DNA from: Kofleriaceae bacterium
Lineage (GTDB): Bacteria; Myxococcota_A; Polyangia; Haliangiales; Haliangiaceae
Assembly (NCBI GenBank): GCA_965215005.1
Contig: CBDCCZ010000004.1
Coordinates: 128,001-192,000 of the forward strand
Reading direction: 5' to 3'
DNA: 64,000 nt
This document shows positions 1 to 12,066 of the stretch, piece after piece. The notes under the pieces are model-generated. The model made no database searches, had not been told where the DNA came from, and saw nothing but the letters and a program-made list of their open reading frames with translations. The translations under genes and the position numbers were made by a program. The stretch's first letter is position 1. Each line of letters begins with the position of its first letter.

Positions 1-147
1 GGCAACCTCAGCGCGCTGTACTCCTACGTCGAGGACCAGGTCGGTGCTGCGGCGGTGCAGATGAGTCAGGAGCCGGTGGAGCTGGCGGTGGCGGTCATCG
101 TCAATCTGCAAAGCGCGTTTCGCGAGGCGGCCTCTCAGAATCAATGA
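1..147 (+). CDS. fliS: Flagellar export chaperone FliS, C-terminal part (truncated by window start)
   Basis: Frame 1 reads GNLSALYSYVEDQVGAAAVQMSQEPVELAVAVIVNLQSAFREAASQNQ*. This matches the FliS NLxxLYxY...L..AW/F pattern, and fliL lies nearby. Confidence 0.75.
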   Translation, partial: GNLSALYSYVEDQVGAAAVQMSQEPVELAVAVIVNLQSAFREAASQNQ

Positions 148-482
148 GTGAAGCGGCGCTTCATGAGGCGCGGCGCTTGCTTGCCGCGACCCTCGAGCAA
201 ACCCCAGAGCCCGCCGAAGGCGCTGATCCCGAGGTCGTCGTCGAGCGTGGCCAGGCGATGCTCAGCGCACGCCGGCCGCTATTCGCCGCGCTCGAGCAGG
301 TCGTCGAGGTCATCGGACGCGCCGCTATCGCTGCCGACGAAGCTTGCAACGTGCTGCTCGTCCAGCTCGATGAACGCCAGGAGCGCTGGAACGCGGCTAT
401 GCGGCAAGCTCGCCACGTCGCCGGTGAGCGCCTGCGCGGAGCCTCATCGCTTCGTCGCCGCGGCGGCAGCTACGGCGGCTGA
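144..482 (+). CDS. Small helical protein, probable FliT-like flagellar chaperone
   Basis: ATGA overlap with the fliS stop; 112 aa, helical, with an 'LSARRPLFAAL' segment; occupies the usual fliT position after fliS. Confidence 0.5.
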   Translation: MSEAALHEARRLLAATLEQTPEPAEGADPEVVVERGQAMLSARRPLFAALEQVVEVIGRAAIAADEACNVLLVQLDERQERWNAAMRQARHVAGERLRGASSLRRRGGSYGG

Positions 483-621
483 GCCACCCCGCAGGTCGCC
501 GAATCCTCCTCGCGCGCCCCGGGCTGGCCAAACGCTTCTCCGCCGTTGGCAAGGCGTCGCAGGCTCATAGCAGAACTAGCGCGCTCCTGCGGCGCTCGGA
601 GCCTGCGAGAAGACATCGAGA

Positions 622-1194
622 CTACGGCAGACGCCGACGCATTAGCAGGGCAGTGTGGGGCTCGTAGCCAAGACTTTCGTAGAAACCGATGACCTCTTGG
701 CGGCTATCTAAGAACACCGCGACCAGGCCCCGAGCACCGGCGTCGCGCTCGCAAAACTGCAGCAGCGCGACGCCCACGCCTTGGCCGCGGCAGCGCGCAT
801 CGACGACCAGATCATCGACATGCAGGTGGGGACCACGCGCGAGCGTGTGCACCGGCCGGATGCCCGCAACGGCGACTAGTACGCCGTCGCGGGATTGATG
901 ACGCAGAAATCCGCCACCCCGATGCGGGGCAAGGGCGGCATATTTCTGCTGCTCAGGCGCCCCCTTCGACGTCTCCCCAAGCGATTGTTGTGTTTCTAGC
1001 GGTTCACGACTTCCGCCGTGAACCACTAGCGAGCCGTTGCGAAACGCGCCGATGAGCTCATAGCCGCTCGCGCGCTGCATTTCGATTCGACGGACGAGCT
1101 CGGCTTCGTCGAGGTGCGAGCGTAGCTGCAAGAGAATGGGGGCGGCAGCGCGCACCTCATCGGCGCCGAGTCGGCGAATCTCGAGCTCGTTCAT
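622..1194 (-). CDS. GNAT family N-acetyltransferase with a 50-aa in-frame repeat insertion
   Basis: Motif A HVDDLVVDARCRGQGVG and C-terminal FYESLGY. Removing 150 nt between the two CTAGs restores GAFRNGSLV-AVAGIRP. Confidence 0.9.
   Translation of the reverse strand: MNELEIRRLGADEVRAAAPILLQLRSHLDEAELVRRIEMQRASGYELIGAFRNGSLVVHGGSREPLETQQSLGETSKGAPEQQKYAALAPHRGGGFLRHQSRDGVLVAVAGIRPVHTLARGPHLHVDDLVVDARCRGQGVGVALLQFCERDAGARGLVAVFLDSRQEVIGFYESLGYEPHTALLMRRRLP
876..1029 (-). repeat. Structured ~150-nt dispersed repeat, copy A (CTAG-flanked, inside the GNAT gene)
   Basis: CTAG at 876-879 and 1026-1029, 150 nt apart; closely matches 22769-22916. Confidence 0.9.
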
Positions 1195-1446
1195 GGAAAT
1201 CCTCTGCTAGGAGCGGCAAGCACCTCCGCAATGGCGATGAGAAGCGAAGGCTTGGCCCGCCTCGAGCCGGCCACTTTCGCATGCTCAAGCGCGCCGCGGA
1301 TAGGCATCGCGAGCCACTGCGCTCATGCCGGCCGTGGCGACGCGTCCACTGCGTCGCGTGTCGGCGCCGAAACGAGCGAAAGCGCCGGACCATTCCGGCG
1401 CCCTCTCGGGTGCAGCGCAAATGTCGGTTGGAGACAACCGCAGGAT

Positions 1447-1947
1447 CTATTGAACGACAAACTCGGCGAAGTAGACGCGCTTGACCTTCTCGCCTTGCAG
1501 CACTTCATTTAGTCGAGCGACGATGTCGCCTTGTATCTTGAGCTTGGCTTGCTCGCCCATGGTATCGACGACCGTTAAGTCGGAGAAGTAGCGCAGGAGA
1601 TTGTCACGCACCTCTCGGCTATCTTGGGTGAGCTCGGCTAGCGCGGCATCGTCGGAGAGCTGAACTTCGACGGTCGCCTTGAGAAACCGGCCGCCGCTGG
1701 CCTCGTTGAGGTTGACGATGTACGGATCCATGGTGTGAACCGGCCCCGGAACCTCCACTGCCGCCTTGTCTTCGGCTGCGGCGGCGGTCTCGGCTGCAGG
1801 TGCCGGTGGCGGCGCTGTCATCACCTTCGCCGCGACCGCGCCGCTCGCGCCCAGGTTGAGCACGAGCAGCAGCAAGAGCAGCTTCGGCGTCTTGATCTTC
1901 ACCGCCGGTGGTTCGGGCGACTCGACTTTTTCATTCTCGTCTGCCAT
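1447..1947 (-). CDS. fliL: Flagellar basal body-associated protein FliL
   Basis: N-terminal TM helix, then YIVNLNEASGGRFLKATVEV...VRDNLL...KRVYFAEFVVQ, the FliL signature. Start set at ATG 1947. Confidence 0.9.
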   Translation of the reverse strand: MADENEKVESPEPPAVKIKTPKLLLLLLVLNLGASGAVAAKVMTAPPPAPAAETAAAAEDKAAVEVPGPVHTMDPYIVNLNEASGGRFLKATVEVQLSDDAALAELTQDSREVRDNLLRYFSDLTVVDTMGEQAKLKIQGDIVARLNEVLQGEKVKRVYFAEFVVQ

Positions 1948-1966
1948 GGCGTCGCTGCTTCCTAGG

Positions 1967-1982
1967 AGCAAACGCCTTGCCA
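1967..1982 (-). promoter_or_regulatory. Putative sigma54 (-24/-12) promoter of fliL
   Basis: Minus strand TGGCAAGGCGTTTGCT (GG-N10-GC), about 20 nt upstream of the ATG. Confidence 0.6.
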
Positions 1983-2122
1983 GGAAGCATCACGTTTCTT
2001 ATCCGCAGGTTACGCCGCGATTGCCCGTCTGGCACGTTGCCCAGATTGACGCCCAGTGCGCGCTGCGCCGGATTTTTGACGAGACGGCGCGCTCGGTCGG
2101 GTGCCGCGTTGACTGGTTGCCG

Positions 2123-5207
<3,085 letters not shown>

Positions 5208-5372
5208 GAGCGAGCGACTCCAATGGAAGGAGACGAGAGATTTGACTGCCACTTCTAGCACAGCCGCTCGGGCCATGCTCGCCGCGAGGTATTCCGGTCC
5301 CGCGCGCGCTATCGGGCAATTTCGTGAACGGTTACGGCGTGATGAGCTCGGCGGAAGGGCAGTGTCGCAGCG

Positions 5373-5819
5373 CTACGAGCGACGCCAGCTGCGGAGAAAG
5401 TCGATGAGGTCGCTGCGCAGGTTGAAGTGCACCTCGCAGCGCCCGATCGTCCGGCCGCTCCGCGCCTCGCAGACCTCGCCTGGAAGTCGCGTCAAGCTGC
5501 GCACGGGATCGCTGAGCTGCAAGTCTTTTTGTCCGTTTATCCGGTACGGCTGGCCATCATCGCCGGTGAACGCTAGCTCGTAGCGAATGAAGCGGCCGCG
5601 CACGGGGCGCAGGGTCAATACACCCTCTACGGGAACCCGCTTGGCCAGCTCCTCGGCGTGGAGGGTGCCGGCGAGGCGCGCTTTGCCATCCCGTAGATGA
5701 CGCCACAAGGAATCTGCGTGCGCCTCGACTGAGAACTCCAGCGCCCGAGGCAGCTCGGGCGCGTCGAATCGCGTCCAGGTGCCGCTCATCGTTTCAGCGA
5801 AACGGAACCCGCGTTTCAT
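5373..5819 (-). CDS. Hypothetical protein
   Basis: 148-aa ATG ORF with protein-like composition (FAETMSGTW...YRINGQKD), co-oriented with its neighbours. Confidence 0.7.
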   Translation of the reverse strand: MKRGFRFAETMSGTWTRFDAPELPRALEFSVEAHADSLWRHLRDGKARLAGTLHAEELAKRVPVEGVLTLRPVRGRFIRYELAFTGDDGQPYRINGQKDLQLSDPVRSLTRLPGEVCEARSGRTIGRCEVHFNLRSDLIDFLRSWRRS

Positions 5820-5836
5820 TCCTGCGACCTTAGCCG

Positions 5837-5881
5837 AAAATACGAGCGGCGGAACCGGTGCTCTTCCGGTCCCGCCGCTCG
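5837..5881 (-). terminator. Probable intrinsic terminator
   Basis: Stem CGAGCGGCGG.ACCGG / CCGGT.CCGCCGCTCG followed on the minus strand by TATTTT, just downstream of the 5900-6682 gene. Confidence 0.55.
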
Positions 5882-5899
5882 CGGATACTCTACGAAGCC

Positions 5900-6682
5900 T
5901 TAGCGGCGCGCTTGTAACGTGGCCGCAGGGTCCTCGTTGTCGACGCAGCCCTGATAGGCAAAGCTCTCGCAGGTGCAGTTGGACTCTTCGATGGTGCAGC
6001 TCGAGCCATCCGGCGACTCACAGTTGATGCCGCGGTAGACTGCGGAGCACGCGTCGGCGGCCAAGCACTCAGCCTCGCTGCCCAGCTCTTCGCACGTCGG
6101 TGTGCATACGCCACCTTCGCAAGGCACGCAGGTGTTGCGCTCGTCGCACTCGGAACCTTCCGGGCACTCCCCTTGCGGGTCGCACGTGCCAGTCTCGGTG
6201 CACTCGCCGGTCGAGGTATCGCAGTAGCAACCCTCCATGCACTCTTCGCTGCTCTCACACGGCAGCGGTACGCAGGTGTTGCGCTCATCGCAGGTGTAGC
6301 CAGCTCCGCACTCGTCGTCGCCCTGGCAAACGACCGAGTCCATACAGGTGCCGCTTTGCTCGTCGCAATAATCGCCGACCATGCAGTCACTGTCGGTGGA
6401 GCAACCGGTGCTCGATCCTTCGGGCACGCAGGTGCCGCGGTCATCGCACTCGAACCCGATCGCGCAGTCCCAGTCGACCGAGCAGAAGCCAGACTCTTCG
6501 CAGGTGCCTTCGGCGCCGCAGTAGCAGCCTTCGAAGCATTGATTGTTGGTTTGGCAATCGCCGCCGAATGGGTCGGCGATGCTACCTCCGGAGTCGGCGC
6601 GATCTTCAAAGTAGAGATGGCAGCCTCCAAGGGAGACTGACAGCAGCATCACGATGGCAGCAAAGAGCGTGTGTCGGGTCAT
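5900..6682 (-). CDS. Cys-rich repeat lipoprotein
   Basis: Signal peptide ending LGGC, followed by repeated CxxDxxCxxGxxCDxxGxC units. Confidence 0.85.
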   Translation of the reverse strand: MTRHTLFAAIVMLLSVSLGGCHLYFEDRADSGGSIADPFGGDCQTNNQCFEGCYCGAEGTCEESGFCSVDWDCAIGFECDDRGTCVPEGSSTGCSTDSDCMVGDYCDEQSGTCMDSVVCQGDDECGAGYTCDERNTCVPLPCESSEECMEGCYCDTSTGECTETGTCDPQGECPEGSECDERNTCVPCEGGVCTPTCEELGSEAECLAADACSAVYRGINCESPDGSSCTIEESNCTCESFAYQGCVDNEDPAATLQARR

Positions 6683-6740
6683 GTCGAGCGATCCTCCGGG
6701 TAATCCTGTGTGCGCGGTCGGCTAGTTGGAACAGGCGTAA

Positions 6741-6756
6741 AGCACGGGGCGTGCCA
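6741..6756 (-). promoter_or_regulatory. Putative sigma54 promoter
   Basis: Minus strand TGGCACGCCCCGTGCT, about 60 nt upstream of the Cys-rich lipoprotein start. Confidence 0.6.
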
Positions 6757-7085
6757 CGATGGCGAGCTTCTGAGAGCTCCTAAGAACAACGTGACGCGGG
6801 CGAGGGCTCGTTGCCGCGAAAGCGTCGTCGGGCTGACATGCGGGTCCGGAAATGCTGGCTGCGCGAAATCGGTCCGCGCCGCGTCCTCCCTCTCCAGCTC
6901 GGCCACGGCCGGACTGTACCACCAGGATCCGAGCTGCGAAGCGAAATCGTTAACCGGGGTTCACGTGGCGCTGTCGCCGGCGATTCACACCCGAGTGAGA
7001 CAGGCTGTCACGTGAACGACGGAAGGCATGACATTCTCGCGTCTTCGTCTACTCCGGAGCGGTCGACGATCGGCGCGGGAGACTC

Positions 7086-8039
7086 CTACATCGTGGAGTG
7101 GCTATCGACGGAGCGAATCGTGTCTCGCAAGGTGTGACGCGGCCGATATCCCAGCTCGCGCGCTGCCCGGCTGCCGTCGACCATGCAGACGTAGCGAATG
7201 AAATCGAACTGGGCGACGGGAAAGGTGCTAAGGCCGAGACGAAACGCCAGCGCCCACAGCGGCTTGGCGATCGGATGCGGCACCGGAATCGACTGCCGGC
7301 CAAGCTCACGCAGCGCCACCGAAAGCGGAATCTCGCCGGGGCCGGTGATGTTGAAGATGCCGCGGGTTCCGGGCTCGAGAGCGCACAGCACGGCCTCCGC
7401 GACGTCTTCTTCGTGGACGACCTGCATCATCGGATCGAACCCGAGCAGCACCGGAGCGGCTTTGAGGCGCAGATAGTTCGACGGAGCGTTCTTGACGCCG
7501 CCGAGGATGTGCACCGGGCGCAAGATGACAGTCTCGGTTTGACTCGCACGCCAAAAGAAGGACGAAGCCATGTGGTCGATCTCGACCAGGTCGCGCATCC
7601 GCGGAAACTCCTGCGCGGCCATCAGCGGTGCTTCTTCGGTGAGAAATTGGGTGTTCTCCGGCCGCGGTCCATAGACGTTGGCGGACGACAGCACGACGAC
7701 CTTGGGCACCCGATATGTGATGCAAGAGTCGAGGAGCTTGGCCGTGCCGCCGACATTCCAGCTGTAGAGCTCGTGGCTCGACGCGCGTGGTCCGTGCAGG
7801 AGCCCCATATGAATCAGCCCATCGATGCGGCCGTTGCGAAACACCTCACGAGCCTTCTTTGAGCGCAGGTCGACTTGATGGTGTTCGATATCTTTCGGTC
7901 GGTCTGGAAACGGCCGGCGATCGACGCCAATGACCCGATAGCGGCTCTGCCGGTGCAGGCGACGCGCGACGATCCGACCCAACCGGCCCGAGATGCCGGT
8001 GATGACGATGTTCTTCTGCTCGCCGTTACCAGAAGACAT
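7086..8039 (-). CDS. NAD-dependent epimerase/dehydratase family protein
   Basis: Rossmann motif ITGISGRLG, plus SSANVYG, VHEEDVAEA and GIFNITG. Start at MSSGNGEQ overlaps the upstream gene's stop. Confidence 0.9.
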   Translation of the reverse strand: MSSGNGEQKNIVITGISGRLGRIVARRLHRQSRYRVIGVDRRPFPDRPKDIEHHQVDLRSKKAREVFRNGRIDGLIHMGLLHGPRASSHELYSWNVGGTAKLLDSCITYRVPKVVVLSSANVYGPRPENTQFLTEEAPLMAAQEFPRMRDLVEIDHMASSFFWRASQTETVILRPVHILGGVKNAPSNYLRLKAAPVLLGFDPMMQVVHEEDVAEAVLCALEPGTRGIFNITGPGEIPLSVALRELGRQSIPVPHPIAKPLWALAFRLGLSTFPVAQFDFIRYVCMVDGSRAARELGYRPRHTLRDTIRSVDSHSTM

Positions 8040-8883
8040 GACGCCGCTCCTGCAACCCAACGTGGAGCATCGACTGGATGCGATTCTTGACCACGCGGAC
8101 CTTCTCGTCGAGCACCTCGGCTTCGTCGTCCGGATCGCCCTCGAAATGCATCGGCTCGCCAAAGTAGAGGCGATACTTGACCGGTAACGGCACGAGCGGC
8201 ACGAATGGCGGGTATGGCACCACCGGGAACGCCGGCGCGCGCAGCATCCGCGCGAGTGGCCGCAGATTGATGGCGGGTGCTTGTTCCTCGGAACCGACGA
8301 CGGCGATGGGAACGATGGGCGCACCGGTCTCGAGGGCCAAGCGCATGAAGCCAGAGCCAAAAGGAGCCAGCTGATAGCGCTTGCTGAACGGCTTGGAGAT
8401 GCCGCGCGCGCCCTCGGGAAACACCAGAATGGCTTCTTCTTCGTTCAGGAGCCGCCGGCAGTTTTCCGGCGTGCCGGTAATTTGTCCCCAGCGACTGAAT
8501 AAGTAGCTGGCGAAGGGCAACGTGGCGACGAAGTGCTCGACCATCGAGCGCACCATGCGCGGCGGGTCGAGCTCGAGAAATAACGCCGCCCCGATGACCA
8601 TGCCGTCGAACGGTAGCTGGCCGGCGTGATTGGCAACGAACAACACGCGCCCGGCGGGGGGAACGAGCTCGAGGCCATGGGCCTCAGCGCGAAAGTAGTG
8701 GCGGTAGAGTAGGCGCGCGACCAACGCGACACTCTTGAGGTTGTGCGGATGGAAGCCGAAGGGGTCGTAGCCATACTCGTTGCGGCGAATCGTGAGCGCC
8801 TTGGTGCGACGATCGATCTCTGGCCCCGCCAGGTGGTCGACCGTGCGATCGATGCGCTGCTTTACCCACTCGGCGACACCCAC
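8026..8883 (-). CDS. Lysophospholipid/glycerol acyltransferase (PlsC-like)
   Basis: NHAGQLPFDG (HX4D-like), FPEGARG and PIVPIAVVG motifs. Confidence 0.9.
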   Translation of the reverse strand: MGVAEWVKQRIDRTVDHLAGPEIDRRTKALTIRRNEYGYDPFGFHPHNLKSVALVARLLYRHYFRAEAHGLELVPPAGRVLFVANHAGQLPFDGMVIGAALFLELDPPRMVRSMVEHFVATLPFASYLFSRWGQITGTPENCRRLLNEEEAILVFPEGARGISKPFSKRYQLAPFGSGFMRLALETGAPIVPIAVVGSEEQAPAINLRPLARMLRAPAFPVVPYPPFVPLVPLPVKYRLYFGEPMHFEGDPDDEAEVLDEKVRVVKNRIQSMLHVGLQERRHVFW

Positions 8884-8950
8884 GGCGGGAACGTAGTGTG
8901 CCCCTCCGAGGGTGTCAATGTGCCGGGTGCGCTGTGGTAGAGTCGCAGCG

Positions 8951-9715
8951 ATGTCGGGGGAGCAGTTCGTCGACGTGCGCTACCGTGGGCTCGAGGTTGG
9001 CCAACGCGTCAAGCTGCACGATCTCGGCCCGACGACGGGCTATTTAGAGCTACCTGCCCCACTTCCGGTGGGCTCGATCCTCGAGATCTCCACCGATGAG
9101 GGGATTCGGTTGCGAGTGCGGGTCGCGCGGGTGCAGGAGCAGGTGGCCGGTGCCGCCATCGCGCCCGGAATGCGGGTCGTGGCGCAGCTCGACAACAGCT
9201 CCGAAGGGTGGTGGCGGGAGCGGGCGCAAGGCGCCGATCCCAAGATACCCGAGCCGCGGAAGCCGCCGGTGCGCGCGGAAACTGGGCCGGTGATGGTGCC
9301 ATCGTCATCGGTTCCCGCTGCTGCGAGCGGCAACGGCGCGCACAGCGCCACTACCGCGGTGATGAGCGCGGCCGAGATCTCGGCCGCGCTCGAGCACGAT
9401 GAGGGACCTGCGGTCGTCGATGCGTCAGATGGCGCAGAGGATACGGCCGATGCCGACCGTTCTAAGACGGACCGTTCTATGACCGACCGTTCTAAGACGG
9501 AGGTGATGAGCGCCGTTGATATCGCGGCGATCGAGGCAGATGCGCGAGCGGACGCCGAAGCCCGTGCGCGAGCCGAGCAAGCGGCCGAGCAGGACGAGGG
9601 CGCAGACGGCGACGTAGCGGGCGATGGCTCCGGCAATGGCGCGGGCAATGGAGAGACCGAGTCGGGTGCTGGGAAACGCCGGCGCCGGCGCAAGAAACGC
9701 CGCACGCGCGGTTAG
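8951..9715 (+). CDS. Hypothetical protein with a PilZ-like N-terminal beta domain and a low-complexity tail
   Basis: DLGPTTGYLE..PLPVGS..GMRV pattern; acidic tail ending in poly-Arg/Lys. Confidence 0.65.
   Translation: MSGEQFVDVRYRGLEVGQRVKLHDLGPTTGYLELPAPLPVGSILEISTDEGIRLRVRVARVQEQVAGAAIAPGMRVVAQLDNSSEGWWRERAQGADPKIPEPRKPPVRAETGPVMVPSSSVPAAASGNGAHSATTAVMSAAEISAALEHDEGPAVVDASDGAEDTADADRSKTDRSMTDRSKTEVMSAVDIAAIEADARADAEARARAEQAAEQDEGADGDVAGDGSGNGAGNGETESGAGKRRRRRKKRRTRG
9454..9499 (+). repeat. 15-bp coding tandem repeat x3 (DRSKT/DRSMT/DRSKT)
   Basis: GACCGTTCTA(A/T)GAC(G/C) repeated three times. Confidence 0.8.
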
Positions 9716-9795
9716 GTGCGCGTGCGCGCGATAGGCGCGCGTGGGCGCTCCGCGCGTGGGCGCTCTGTGAGGGCATCGGCCGGCGGAGATCGCAA

Positions 9796-10425
9796 CTAGC
9801 GATGTTTCGCCGCGCGTCGGGCTCGCCAGCGGCGCCCGACGCCAACGCCCAAATAGATGATGGCAGCGGCGCCCAGCGCTATCCAGACCACCATGGTGTA
9901 GCGCGCAACCCAGCGCTTGAGGGTTTCGAGGTTGGCGCCGAGCAGCGCGCCGATGCCGATGAGCCCCAGGTTCCAAAGCGCGGCGGAAATGGCCGCATAC
10001 ACGGCAACCGAGAGAGCTCGCATTTGCGCCATGCCGGCCGCGACGAAGAACAGCGCGCGCAGGCCCGGCAAGAAGCGGTTGAGCACCAGATAGGCAGGTC
10101 CGCGGCGGTGAAACTTGGCGACGAGACGAGCGATGGCTTTGCCGCGCTTGCTATCGGGCCGCGGTCTTCCTCGCCTGGCGAGATAGCGGCCACCGTAAAA
10201 CGCGAGCATCGCCCCGGCCACCGAGCCGGCCAACACGGCGCTAAACACTGCCGTGAAGCTCCACTCATAGGCGGTGATGAGCACTGCTCCGAACAGGGTT
10301 ATAGTATCGCCGGGGAATGGCGGGAAGACGTACTCGATCATCGCGGACGCAGCGAGCACCAGCAGCCCCACGGGGTCGTTGGAAGACGAGACGAAGTCGA
10401 TGAGCCAGTCGGCGAGCGTGTCCAC
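9796..10425 (-). CDS. DedA family membrane protein
   Basis: [10 protein letters not shown] and RFLPGLR motifs with several TM helices; GTG start inferred. Confidence 0.9.
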   Translation of the reverse strand: MDTLADWLIDFVSSSNDPVGLLVLAASAMIEYVFPPFPGDTITLFGAVLITAYEWSFTAVFSAVLAGSVAGAMLAFYGGRYLARRGRPRPDSKRGKAIARLVAKFHRRGPAYLVLNRFLPGLRALFFVAAGMAQMRALSVAVYAAISAALWNLGLIGIGALLGANLETLKRWVARYTMVVWIALGAAAIIYLGVGVGRRWRARRAAKHR

Positions 10426-11326
10426 AGCACCACCAGTACGCGCGGGCGCTACCGTAGCGGTGTGTGCCCCTGCGAGTCCAGTGGTACCGGAGCGGCTCGC
10501 CAAGGGCCTGGAGCGGCTCGGGGCGCGGTTTCGAATCGTTACCGATCCCGGCATCTTCGAGAAGGCTCGTTATCTGGCCGGGTCCGATGAGCGCCGCGCC
10601 GCCGAGCTCAATCGCTTCTTCCGCGATCCCGACGTGCGGGCGATCATCGTTGGCCGCGGCGGGTACGGCATCATGCGTATCTTGCCGCTGCTCGATGCCG
10701 CAGCGCTTCGTGCCGATCCCAAGGTGCTGGTCGGCTTTTCAGACTGCACCGCGCTGCTGTGTTGGGCGCTCGCCACTGCCAACGTCCGCGGTATCCACGG
10801 ACCGGTCGCCAGCCAGCTGGCCGACTTACCGGCCGAAGACGCGGCCTGGCTGTATCGATTACTCGAGGATCCGCAGCCGCTCGGAACCGCGCCGTTTCAG
10901 CTGCACTCGGTGGGGCGAAGGGCGCGTGGAGCGGTGGCGGGACGCCTCGTTGGCGGCAACTTGTCGTTGCTTTCGCATCTCGTTGGCACCCCCTATGAAA
11001 TCGACCTCGACCAGGCTGTGCTACTCGTCGAAGACCTCGGTGAGCGGCCGTACGCGATCGATCGCTACTTTACCCATTTGGGTCTTGCGGGGCGTCTGGA
11101 TCGGCTGGCCGCTGCGTTGATTGGCGACTTCACCCGCTGTGAGCATGGCCTCGATGGTCCCGTCGAAGACGTGATCGACGAGCGTTTGCGTGCCTACGGT
11201 GTCGCGGCCCTGGGCGGGTTGCCCAGCGGTCACGGCGAACGCAACGTAGCGCTGCCGTTCGGAGGGCGCTGCGAGCTCGACTTCGACCGCGGACTATTGC
11301 GACTTGTCGATGCCGCGGTCGGTTGA
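10400..11326 (+). CDS. LD-carboxypeptidase (peptidase S66)
   Basis: [24 protein letters not shown] and GH catalytic motifs; start is 10400 or 10418. Confidence 0.9.
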   Translation: MSQSASVSTAPPVRAGATVAVCAPASPVVPERLAKGLERLGARFRIVTDPGIFEKARYLAGSDERRAAELNRFFRDPDVRAIIVGRGGYGIMRILPLLDAAALRADPKVLVGFSDCTALLCWALATANVRGIHGPVASQLADLPAEDAAWLYRLLEDPQPLGTAPFQLHSVGRRARGAVAGRLVGGNLSLLSHLVGTPYEIDLDQAVLLVEDLGERPYAIDRYFTHLGLAGRLDRLAAALIGDFTRCEHGLDGPVEDVIDERLRAYGVAALGGLPSGHGERNVALPFGGRCELDFDRGLLRLVDAAVG

Positions 11327-11336
11327 GTCGCGCGGC

Positions 11337-11630
11337 TCAGTGCACGATTGGCTCGTCGTCGCCGGAGCCGATGTCGATGGCGCCGAAGCGTTCCTCGTAG
11401 CGCTCGAGGTTCTTTTGCAAGGCGCGCACGAGCCGCTTGGTGTGCCGCGGCGATGAGATGATGCGAGCGCCCACTTTGGCGATGGCAGTGCCAGGCTGAA
11501 TGAAGGAGAAGTCGAGAACAAACTCATTCTCGGCGTGATTGATCAGCACGAGGTTGGAGTAACGGCCGGCTGCCGTGTGCTCGTCCATCTGGACCTGAAT
11601 CTTGGGACCTTTGCGAACATCGTCGGACAT
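11337..11630 (-). CDS. DUF3467 family protein
   Basis: GRYSNLVLINHAENEFVLDF...RIISSPRHTKRL..AL..N..RYEERFG pattern. Confidence 0.85.
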   Translation of the reverse strand: MSDDVRKGPKIQVQMDEHTAAGRYSNLVLINHAENEFVLDFSFIQPGTAIAKVGARIISSPRHTKRLVRALQKNLERYEERFGAIDIGSGDDEPIVH

Positions 11631-11788
11631 GGCGACTGTGTATCGCATTGCCGCGCCGGTGGTGGCCGTTGGCGATCGCGGCGTGCGTTGCGAACGTCAC
11701 GAGGCCGCGTCCCATGCCGCCGCTCAAGACGCGACGCGCTGGTCGGTCGCTGCGCGGAGCAAGCGCGATGACCGCGAATGGAGAGGGA

Positions 11789-11907
11789 GCGCAGCGGCCA
11801 ATCGAGCGTAACGCAACGTGCTGGGGAGGGCGGCCGGGCGAGGATTTTTGGGGGAGGGAGGTTCACCCGGCCTATATGTTGCTGCGTTACGTGACTGGCC
11901 GCTGCGC
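11789..11907. ncRNA. Candidate structured RNA, copy 1 of a tandem pair
   Basis: Nested stems 11789-11800/11896-11907, 11807-11815/11883-11891 and 11832-11841/11863-11872; two GGGGAGGG motifs. Confidence 0.55.
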
Positions 11908-11944
11908 GACGTCGCTCGAAAGCGACGTACAACGGAAAGAGGAT

Positions 11945-12066
11945 GCGCAGCGGGCGAGTTCTCTCACGAGACGGGGTGCTGGGGAGGGCGACCGGGCCCT
12001 ACTTGCTTGGGGAGGGATTCGAGCCCGGTCCTGTGGTTAGCCCCATGAGGGATCGCACCGCTGCGC
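11945..12066. ncRNA. Candidate structured RNA, copy 2 of a tandem pair
   Basis: Same basal stem GCGCAGCGG/CCGCTGCGC and inner stem 11990-11997/12023-12030; same GTGCTGGGGAGGGCG and TGGGGAGGGA-type motifs. Confidence 0.55.

Noticed and set aside
876..1029. Intein or group I/II intron in the GNAT gene
   Set aside because: Too short; no Cys/Ser start or His-Asn end and no recognisable intron core. The CTAG duplication points to a DNA-level insertion.
11789..12066. tRNA or 6S RNA
   Set aside because: No cloverleaf, T-loop or CCA; units are shorter than typical 6S RNA and are duplicated.
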